This document shows positions 56,215 to 64,000 of a DNA stretch of 64,000 bases, piece after piece. Below the pieces are notes generated by a model that did no database searches, was not told the DNA's origin, and saw only the letters and a program-made list of their open reading frames with translations. The stretch is from an uncultured Acidimicrobiaceae bacterium (GTDB lineage Bacteria > Actinomycetota > Acidimicrobiia > Acidimicrobiales > Bog-793). Numbering within the stretch: position 1 is the stretch's first letter; each line of letters starts with the position of its first letter. The translations under genes and the position numbers were made by a program. The stretch is from NCBI GenBank assembly GCA_963841155.1, contig CAWJBM010000005.1, positions 264,475-328,474 of the forward strand. Direction: 5' to 3'.

Positions 56215-57137
56215 CTGAGACCCCCGAGCGTCCGAGCGGCTCGGGCCCGGGCGACTTCCATCAGCTCGGGCACCGCTTCCAAGTACCAGTAGGTGGACGA
56301 AGGGTTGGCATGGCCGAGCACCTTGGACAACAAGGGCATCGCCCGATCGACGTCGACACCGTCGCGGTGCCAGTCCATCAGCGTGTTCACGGCGAAGCTA
56401 TGGCGAATGTCGTGCAGACGAGGGCGCCGCCGCCCACCTCGCGCCTCGATCCCGGCGCTTGTCACCAGCTCGGCGAATGTGTGATCGGCGCTGCAGGACG
56501 CCAGACAGTTGCCGGCGAGGCTGACGAGCAGAGTCGGCGACGCCGCCTGCGGGGCGAGCCGCTCGCGGAGCTCTCGATAGCGAGCCAGCGCCGTGAGAGT
56601 GCTCGCGCTGAGGGGGACCTCCCGCTCCGGTGAACGCTTGTGGGGACGGACCGCCAGGCACGAGCAGTCGAAGTCGACGTCACTGGGCAGGAGTCGGGCC
56701 GCTTCGCCGAAACGGATCCCGCTCACCGACAGCAGCCCGATCAAGACCTCGTAGGTGGCGGCGCGAAGCAGAGGCGAGAGCCTGGCCGCGGCGGCCATCA
56801 AGGCACCGATCTCTGCGTCCGAGTAGATGTGGGGCGTGAGCCGCGAGTACCGCCGTGGCAGCAGGTCCGGCGTAGGCACCTCGGTCCTCTCGTCGAAGGC
56901 AACGAGGTACTTGGCGAACCCGCGCACTGCCCCGAGCCGCTGGCTGCGCGTGACGGGCAGTGAGCCCGGAGAGTCGTTGGCCCATGCCAGCGCCTGCTCG
57001 GTGGTGACATGGTCAGCACCTGATCGCTCCATGAAGGCGACGAAGCTCACCAGCAAGTGGTTGCACTCGTTGGCGACGTAGCCGAGCGAGCGCCGCAGGA
57101 CGGTGTACTCGGCGAGGTGTTCTTTGAGCTCGCTCAC
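56211..57137 (-). CDS. Tyrosine recombinase, second gene of the trio (RitB-like)
   Basis: 308 aa. 'SGIRFGEAARL', 'LHDIRHSFAVNTL', 'LGHANPSSTYWYL'. 4-nt overlaps on both sides. Confidence 0.85.
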   Translation of the reverse strand: MSELKEHLAEYTVLRRSLGYVANECNHLLVSFVAFMERSGADHVTTEQALAWANDSPGSLPVTRSQRLGAVRGFAKYLVAFDERTEVPTPDLLPRRYSRLTPHIYSDAEIGALMAAAARLSPLLRAATYEVLIGLLSVSGIRFGEAARLLPSDVDFDCSCLAVRPHKRSPEREVPLSASTLTALARYRELRERLAPQAASPTLLVSLAGNCLASCSADHTFAELVTSAGIEARGGRRRPRLHDIRHSFAVNTLMDWHRDGVDVDRAMPLLSKVLGHANPSSTYWYLEAVPELMEVARARAARTLGGLR

Positions 57138-58390
57138 CGCGCTCCTCCCGGCCAGTACCGTGCGAGCGCAGCGACGGTCGGTTGGGGGACGTCGACATAG
57201 ACCGTCGTCATCGAGAAGTGGTGGTGGCGAAGCACCTCGGCGATCCCGACGAGCGCAGTGCCTGTCCGGTGCATCTCGCTCGCTGCGTGCTGGCGCAGGC
57301 GCCTTGGCCCGAAGGGCACAAAGCCCGCCCTGCGGGACGCGTTCTGGACGACGGACTGCACGCCGACGAAGTCAAGGCGAGTCCATGGAGCCCTCGCCCG
57401 AAGGAACACCTCGCGGAACTCCTGGCGTCGCGGTCGACCTCTGTGCAGGTAAGCGGCAATGGCAGCCCCGACGTCTGGTGGAAGGGGCATGCGCTCGTGC
57501 CGGTCGCCCTTGCCGCGCACGAGTATCTCGCCGTGGTGCCAGTCGATGTCGTCGAGGGTGAGCGCCGCCACCTCGCAAGGCCTGAGCCCGAGCCGGCTGC
57601 ACAGCAGTATGACCGCGTAGTCACGCCGCCCCGCCGCCCGCCGCCGGTCACAGCTCGCGAGCAGACGGGAGATCTCGCCCTGGCTGAGCGCAGGGGGCCG
57701 CGGCGCGGGGCGTTGCCGGGCGAGCTTGGGAACGGCTGATGCCACAGCGCTGGTGACCATCCCCTCGACCTGTAAGAACCGCAGAAGCGACGAGGTCGAC
57801 AAGACCGCTGAGCGTGCGGTGCTGGCGGTCGCATCTCGGCAGGTCTGGACTACATAACAGGTGACATCACAGGCTCGCAGCCCCGTCAGTTCGCGCCGAT
57901 CGCCAAGGACGGAGTCGAGGAATCGGCGAGCGCCCACGAGATGTGCCACCACGGTCTTTTCCGCCAGCCCCCGCTCGTGCACGAGGTAGCTCCGATACGA
58001 CGCGAGCAGATCGCCGAAGCGTCCAGCGTCATCGGGCCGTTCCGGGACGACCCCGGCGCCACGCAGGTAGGTGAGCGGCAGCCGCATCGTGAGCGGGCTC
58101 GTCAATGTGGACCGCCCGCGGGCGGTCCGCCAGTCAGCAAAGCAAACGGCAGTCGACTCGTCGAGATCGCAGGCTCGGAGGCCTTCCGACGCCAGCCACG
58201 AGCTCACGCCGGCGAAGTAGGTGAGCCGCTGCTGCACGCTCCAGAAGGTGTATCCGCGCGCCTCGAGGTGGCGTCGATAGCCGTCCGCGTAAGGTCCGAG
58301 GGGACCTGGAGGTGTCTGGAACCTGTGCTCTCTCATCGCTTCCTCCATCTCGGACCGTCGGTCCGTTAGGAGAAAGCTTCGGGTGAACAC
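57134..58390 (-). CDS. Tyrosine recombinase, first gene of the trio (RitA-like)
   Basis: 418 aa. 'LGLRPCEVAALTLDDIDW', 'LRQHAASEMHRTG', 'LRHHHFSMTTVYV'. Confidence 0.85.
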   Translation of the reverse strand: MFTRSFLLTDRRSEMEEAMREHRFQTPPGPLGPYADGYRRHLEARGYTFWSVQQRLTYFAGVSSWLASEGLRACDLDESTAVCFADWRTARGRSTLTSPLTMRLPLTYLRGAGVVPERPDDAGRFGDLLASYRSYLVHERGLAEKTVVAHLVGARRFLDSVLGDRRELTGLRACDVTCYVVQTCRDATASTARSAVLSTSSLLRFLQVEGMVTSAVASAVPKLARQRPAPRPPALSQGEISRLLASCDRRRAAGRRDYAVILLCSRLGLRPCEVAALTLDDIDWHHGEILVRGKGDRHERMPLPPDVGAAIAAYLHRGRPRRQEFREVFLRARAPWTRLDFVGVQSVVQNASRRAGFVPFGPRRLRQHAASEMHRTGTALVGIAEVLRHHHFSMTTVYVDVPQPTVAALARYWPGGAR

Positions 58391-58488
58391 CCGCGATTAT
58401 GCCGAGCTGCTCATCTGATCCGCTTCCCAAAGCAGGCACGATGTCGACGACTCAGCGTCTAGTCGGCACAATCACCAACTCGGCATAA

Positions 58489-61296
58489 CCTCACAAATCA
58501 GTGGCAGAGCTCGGGGTGATCGGACGCGCCGAGGACATGCACGAGATCGTCGACGCCGAGCGCGACGCCACTCTTCAGTACCTGGACCGTCTCGTCGCCG
58601 AACAAGGTGGCAGGCGTGGACGTGCTCAGACCCGCGTCGCCACTGGTGGGCTTATCTGGGCGACCTCCCGGCACGCGACGACCCGGGCTGGCGATCCCCA
58701 GGTGCACGAACATGTCCTGATCGCGAATGCCGTGTTGATGCGAGACGCCCGCGGAGGGTGGAAAGGCGCCGACACGGCGTTCTTGCGCGACCACCTGCAT
58801 GCGGCGACGGCCGTCGGACGTATGGCCGCTGCCGCCAAGGCGGTCAAGCTCGGATACGGGATCGTCGCCGACCCGGGCCCGTCCGGGCGGCTCGGAGGAT
58901 GGGCGATCGCCGGCATCCCGGACGAGGTCTGTGAGCTGCACTCCACCCGCTCTGCGCAGATCACCGCCGTGGTCGGACCGGATGCCTCGTATGCGGCACG
59001 GTCGGTCGCGGCCCGGGCCACGCGGGGCCGCAAGGCGGAAGTCCGCGTAGAGGACCTGTTGACCCGCTGGCAGGACGAGCTGACCACTGCTGGTCATCCC
59101 CCGGCCGATCTCCTCGCTGAGATCGAGGCGGCGGGTTCCACCTATGAGCTCCCGGAGGTCGACCTCGAGCAGCTCGCCGGAGAACTACTCGGCCCGGACG
59201 GGCGCCTGGCGGAAGAGAAGACCTTCACCCGAGGCGACGTGATCATCGCCGCCGCTCCGCACCTTCACGGCCAGCCCCTTTCTGCGCTCGACAAGGCCGT
59301 CGAGACAGTCCTCGCGAATGACGACACGGTCGCCCTGCCGGTCGTGACGGGGAGCAGGGAGCAGGTCTGGACGGCACGCTGTGTCCTCGCCGACGAGGAG
59401 CGCATCGCAACTGTGGCTGAGTCACTGACTGACGATGACGGGCCGAAGGTCGAAGAACAGGCCGCTCTCGATGCTGTCACCCTGCTCGAGGAGCACCTCG
59501 GCGTCCCGCTCACCACCGCCCAGCACGAGGTGGCGATCGGACTCATGGTGAGTGGGCACCGTTTTGATCTCGTCATGGGTGTAGCCGGATCCGGGAAGAC
59601 AACGACGCTGGCGGCGGTCCGCGAGGGTTTCGAGAGCGCCGGTTACACCGTGCTCGGCACCGCGACCTCGGGACAAGCAGCCAAGAACCTCGGAGACGGC
59701 GCCGGGATCGAGTCGCGCACCATTGCCTCGCTTTCCTGGCGGCTGGACCACAACACACTCGAGCTCTCCGACCAGCACGTGCTGATCCTCGACGAGGGCG
59801 CCATGACCTCAGATATGGACCTCGCCCGTCTTCTCACCGCGGTCGAGCGATCGGGGGCAAAGCTGATCGTCGTAGGAGACGACCGCCAGCTCGGTGCCAT
59901 CGGTCCTGGCGGCGCACTCACCGCCCTCGCCGAACGCCACCCCGAGCAGCTCTGGGCGCTCACCGACAACCTGCGCCAGACCAATCCCGCCGAACGCGTC
60001 GCGCTCTGTGAGCTCCGAGACGGCAACATCGCCGCGGCGGTCGGCTGGTATGCCCGCAACGGGCGGGTCCATCCCGTGCCCGACCGCCGGCGAGCGGTCA
60101 CCGGCATGATCCGTGCCTGGGCGGCCGACATCGACGCCGGACAGGACCCCCTACTTCTCGCCTACCGACGCGACAACGTCGAGACGCTCAACCGCGCTGC
60201 TCGAAACCTCTGGGAACGGTCCGGGAGGCTCACCGGCCCCGAGCTCGTAGCACCCGGCGGGCGCACCTACCGGGCCGGGGACCGGGTCATCGCCCTTGCC
60301 CCAGGACCTCAAGGCGCCTGGGTCACGTCACAAGCTGCCCAGGTCACCGCCGTCGATCCTGAGGCCCAGACCCTCACTGCGATCACGCCCGACGGCCGCC
60401 AGCTGCACATGGGCGCCGATGACATCGGCGCGGACCACCTCGGCTACGGCTACGCCATCACCGCTCATCGCGTCCAGGGCACGACGGTCGAAGTCGCGCA
60501 CGTCCTCGACGACGGCGGTGGCCGGGAGCTCGCCTATGTGGCCATGAGCCGCGCGAGGAGCACCAGCCACGTGTACACCACCGCACCGGACCTCGACCAA
60601 GCCGCCCAACGCCTCACCTGGTCCTGGGATGACGAGCGCCGCCAGCAATGGGCCACTGACCAGGCCCGGGCCGCCCAGCATCTCGTCGAGCTTCGTGCCG
60701 AGCACAGAGAACTCGTCGGGAGCATCCCGCCTGACGTCACCGACCAGCTTGCTCACGTCCACGAACAACAGGCCGCGCTCGAAAAGGACCTTGCCGACCT
60801 CCGGACCGGCGCCGGGCGGTGGGCGAAGACACCCGTTCGACCTAGCTACGAGGATCTCCAACTTGCGCGCAGAGCTCACGAAGAGATCCTCCGCCGCGTC
60901 CAAAATCCCCGCCGTGGACTCCTCGCCCGGCACCGGAGCCGCGATGACCTCAAGACCAGTGCCGCCACCCTGCAAGCGGCCGAGCGTGCCTGGCAGCGCA
61001 CGACCGAACCTCACGCTCGGCTTATCGAGGGCGAGCGGTCACGGCTCACCACCGAGGAGTGCCGTTTAGAACAAGCACGGCAAGCAAGAGCAGAGTTCAT
61101 CGAGACCAAACCTGAGCTCATCGACCGGCTCAACCAACTGCACCGAGCCAGCCAGATTGCGCTGACCAGCTCACATTCCCATCGTTCCGCCGGCAGGAGT
61201 GTCCCGGCACCGTCCTTTAGCGGCCAGTCGCGGGATGCGGCGCTCGCGCACGAACCCCTCCCACTGCCCGCGGAACTCTTTGGTCGGGATCCCTAA
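58489..61296 (+). pseudogene. MobF relaxase-helicase, 3' portion downstream of the RIT insertion
   Basis: 'HKSVAELGVIG', histidine triad 'SRHATTRAGDPQVHEHVLIAN', RecD-like helicase 'GVAGSGKTTTL', 'VLILDEGAM', 'ITAHRVQGTTVE'. Confidence 0.8.
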
Positions 61297-61391
61297 ACGA
61301 AAGTGAGTCCCTGCACCAAAGCACCAGAGGACATGGGCCTCGTCCAGGGACCCTTTAAGTATTGAGAGTTACAGGGCACACACCCCGATGC

Positions 61392-61940
61392 TTATGAGCC
61401 TCCGTCGACGCGAAGGTGTTTCATCGTCGCGTGAGATTCGACCCAGACACCAATGCCCCCGCCGCGCGGAATCTTGCTGACGTCGGGCACCTCGTCACAC
61501 AGGTCGAGATGGAGACGCCCAATTGGCTCCTTCCACACCTCCCCGACCCAGCCGAGTGCTAGAGCGAGCCACCGGCCACGCGCAATCGAAACCTGCCTCA
61601 GCGGGCGATAGTTACCGCGACCAAAATCGCGCCAACCACCGCTTGCGGTATCAGCGATCTCAAGCTGGAGATCCTCGTCCAGTTCCACGACTGCCCAGTG
61701 CTCGCCCACGCAGCTGATCGTCCCGCTATACCCGTGTCCCTCCTTGTCCCACTCCGGGTGCTGGTCGTAACCGCCCCCAACAAGCACGCGATCGCCTGCG
61801 ACGAACGGCTCACCGTGCGCGTTGTCCACTTGACGGCCCATATCTGGAGCGTAGGCGTCTATCGGGTTGATCGGATACGGGACTTCGTGGCCAGTCGGAG
61901 ATCCGGGACGTCGGCCCTCCGATGCGAACCCCCGTGCCAC
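61392..61940 (-). CDS. Hypothetical protein (element cargo)
   Basis: 182-aa ORF in a lower-G+C stretch. No motif recognised. Start may be the internal 'MGRQVDN'. Confidence 0.45.
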   Translation of the reverse strand: MARGFASEGRRPGSPTGHEVPYPINPIDAYAPDMGRQVDNAHGEPFVAGDRVLVGGGYDQHPEWDKEGHGYSGTISCVGEHWAVVELDEDLQLEIADTASGGWRDFGRGNYRPLRQVSIARGRWLALALGWVGEVWKEPIGRLHLDLCDEVPDVSKIPRGGGIGVWVESHATMKHLRVDGGS

Positions 61941-62031
61941 CGAGGACGATGAGTCAGAAACTCACAACGGCCCTGCCCGTGAGGGGGCGGTGGCCAGCTC
62001 GCGAGAAGTTGCGACGCGACTGGAAGGGGAC

Positions 62032-63378
62032 TCAGACGCGCCAGGACGGCAGTACGGCCTCCGCCAATGAAACTGGGAGAGTTTCACCGATCCAGTATCG
62101 CCAGCGGAACCACCGCACTCGATCGACGACCGCCCATATCAAGAGCAAGAGTCCGACGACAGTCGGTCCGATCCAAGGAAGCACCGCGATGGCCGCCTCG
62201 CCGTTGCTCTGGTCGAGAAGGAAGCGCAACCCACGGTTAGCGCGAAGTGCGAATATTGCTATACCTGGCCGCTGCATGTCGAGGGAGAAGACGCCTTCGT
62301 AGGTCTCACCCTGCTCAGAGAGCCTGTCGCTGCTCGGATCGTTCGTCACATGCACGTCAGTCCCCGCCGATGACCTGACATGCAGCATCGACGACGCGGT
62401 CTCGGCGCAAACTGAGTTCGGACAACGAAGGAAGACGACATAGTGTCCTGCAGGCAAGGAAAGCCGAACACTCCCGTGATCGGGGATCAGCTTGGCGTTG
62501 CCAAAGTAACTCTGAAGGTGGACAACGATGAGCCCGCCGCCTAGGCCGGCTCCAGCTCCGGCGAGCAACAGGACCACGAACAGGGTGCCAGCCCTCATAA
62601 CGTACGGCGGCCTTGGCTCTACTGGCCCAGGCCATGGCTCGCTTCCGCCCCATTGCGCGGTCTGGTCTTTTCTCAGGCGACGCCGCCGTGCCCACTCACC
62701 GAAGGCCATCATCGTGGCTATCGAGATGAAGACCAGAGAAACTCCTAGAAACAGTCGGCTCTGCAAGGCGAGGTCGTGCAGATAAGTGGTCCGCGAAACG
62801 GAGATGAGCCAGCCATGGTCATCCAGGTAGTAGTGGTGACCCACGGCGTGGTACTCGGGTTGCCCGGCGAGACTGTGGAAGGAGGATTCGAAGCCAAATA
62901 CTCCGAGGATTACGAAGATCGGAACGACAACGTAGCTGGCACGGGGCATGAGGCGAAACATTCGCAACTGCGATTGCAGGCCGGCCGAAATGTCAAAACG
63001 CCGGGTCCCCTCTCGTCGCAGGACTCCCCGGCTCCCAAGCGCGTAGAACATCCCGAACCAGAGAGGGAAGACCAGTGCGAAGAACGGCGCGAACTCGGCG
63101 CTTCCCAGCCCGACGTCGCCGGGCAGGAATGTCAGCATATAGAGGGCCGTAGCAAAGAGGAGGGCGAGCAATCCGACTACGGCTGCCAATGCGTTGAGAC
63201 CGGAGACCAGCGGAGTGTCGAACACCCGGATGCGCCGACCCTGAGAGTCCATCGGCTGGCTGGACCACGCCACGCGTGGAGTCTCGCGCAGAACTACATG
63301 GCTTCTGAATTTGCCTGGATTGCTCTGACGGCGAGAACTCGCAAGGCGCGTTCCGGAGCAACGCATCGAGGAGCTCAC
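62032..63378 (-). CDS. Hypothetical polytopic membrane protein (element cargo)
   Basis: 448 aa. At least 6 hydrophobic segments plus a soluble domain 'GNAKLIPDHGSVRLSLPAGHYVVFLRCPNSVC'. Confidence 0.55.
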   Translation of the reverse strand: MSSSMRCSGTRLASSRRQSNPGKFRSHVVLRETPRVAWSSQPMDSQGRRIRVFDTPLVSGLNALAAVVGLLALLFATALYMLTFLPGDVGLGSAEFAPFFALVFPLWFGMFYALGSRGVLRREGTRRFDISAGLQSQLRMFRLMPRASYVVVPIFVILGVFGFESSFHSLAGQPEYHAVGHHYYLDDHGWLISVSRTTYLHDLALQSRLFLGVSLVFISIATMMAFGEWARRRRLRKDQTAQWGGSEPWPGPVEPRPPYVMRAGTLFVVLLLAGAGAGLGGGLIVVHLQSYFGNAKLIPDHGSVRLSLPAGHYVVFLRCPNSVCAETASSMLHVRSSAGTDVHVTNDPSSDRLSEQGETYEGVFSLDMQRPGIAIFALRANRGLRFLLDQSNGEAAIAVLPWIGPTVVGLLLLIWAVVDRVRWFRWRYWIGETLPVSLAEAVLPSWRV

Positions 63379-63466
63379 GAGGTCAGGAGGCTCACTTTCC
63401 CTTTTGCGCCGTTCGCGAAGTCAGAAGATCCGTCTCTCCCTAGCCGCTCCGACCACCGGCACAAGC

Positions 63467-64000
63467 TCAGCCCAGAGCGGTGAGCCCGCCGAGGACTTGA
63501 TCGACGGCGTTCCTCGTCTCGTCGTCGCTGTCGGGCCACAGATGCCCATAAGTGTCGAGCGTCTCCATGGCCGATTGGTGGCCGAGGCGCTCTTGGACGG
63601 CCTTCACTGAACATCCCCGGGAGATGAGGAGCGAGGCGTAGAAGTGCCTCAGGTCGTGGAACGTGGCCCACGCCGGCAGGTTCGCCTGCAGGGCTGCGCG
63701 ATGCCACATGTCCCCCAGCGTGTTGCGCCGCAGGGGGCGACCGAACGTGTTGGTGAACACCAACCCCGCTGGTCCCGGTCCGTGTCGGGCCAGATGCTCG
63801 GCCAGCGTGGCGCACACGACCTCGGGCATCGGCACGGTGCGAAAGCCGGCTTTGCTCTTGGGGGGACCGAATGTGGGCACTCCCCCGAGGGCGGAGGTGA
63901 GCTGGCGGTCCACCCGCACATGCCGGCGCAGGAAGTCGACGCGATCGACGGTGAGCCCGAAGCATTCGCCCTGGCGCAGTCCCATTGCGGCGGCGAAGAC
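63467..64000 (-). CDS. int: Tyrosine site-specific integrase (C-terminal part; gene continues beyond the window)
   Basis: '[18 protein letters not shown]', 'FRTVPMP', 'FHDLRHFYASLLI', 'LGHQSAMETLDTYGHLW'. Confidence 0.85.
   Translation of the reverse strand, partial: VFAAAMGLRQGECFGLTVDRVDFLRRHVRVDRQLTSALGGVPTFGPPKSKAGFRTVPMPEVVCATLAEHLARHGPGPAGLVFTNTFGRPLRRNTLGDMWHRAALQANLPAWATFHDLRHFYASLLISRGCSVKAVQERLGHQSAMETLDTYGHLWPDSDDETRNAVDQVLGGLTALG

Larger units (their letters stand above)
55116..58488 (-). mobile_element. RIT (recombinase-in-trio) element
   Basis: Three overlapping tyrosine recombinase genes. Ends 'tttatgccg...' / '...cggcataa'. Multiple TTATGCCGAG/CTCGGCATAA copies. Flanked by 'cctca' at 55111-55115 and 58489-58493. 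Confidence 0.8.

Noticed and set aside
1-64000. CRISPR arrays, rRNA genes, additional tRNAs
   Set aside because: Reading the intergenic regions, I found no regularly spaced direct repeats of 25-40 bp and no further cloverleaf-compatible sequences apart from tRNA-Val and its 45-bp partial copy. A covariance-model scan (tRNAscan-SE/Infernal) is still needed to exclude small RNAs.

Overview
High-G+C, Actinomycetota-like chromosomal segment, judged from the WhiB, LCP, DinB/DUF664 and DUF998 genes. The backbone carries c-di-GMP signalling proteins (7-2445, 47201-48820), a GT-C-like membrane protein plus LCP, trpD, whiB, glpD, an FAD oxidase, a moxR-DUF58-transglutaminase operon, xseAB and a SCO1-type membrane protein.

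Three accessory regions stand out.

1. A ~17.6 kb genomic island (6117-23695) sits in tRNA-Val(GAC) and is bounded by a perfect 45-bp direct repeat. It has visibly lower G+C. It carries int, xis, a RepA-like ATPase, two micro-ORFs, a tightly coupled three-gene operon headed by a TIGR04255-family protein, an IS21 copy with a 7-bp target duplication, and a two-gene PLD-SNF2 helicase plus N6A-methyltransferase pair that looks like a split type ISP restriction-modification enzyme.

2. A junkyard of decayed mobile-element genes lies at ~42.8-47.2 kb (IS21 istA fragment, integrase stub, TnpB-like stub) around a GT1 glycosyltransferase.

3. A decayed integrative mobilizable element runs from ~51.9 kb to beyond 64 kb. 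It holds stacked toxin-antitoxin modules, a yoeB'-int' chimeric scar, a ~300-nt almost G-free tract, a MobF relaxase split by a three-recombinase RIT element, two unknown cargo genes and an integrase that runs off the window.

The best candidates for undescribed biology are the TIGR04255 operon, the split ISP-like system next to it, and the G-depleted tract upstream of the relaxase. All calls rest on reading the supplied translations and the DNA by eye. No database search was run. Hand-counted motif coordinates may be off by 1-2 nt.
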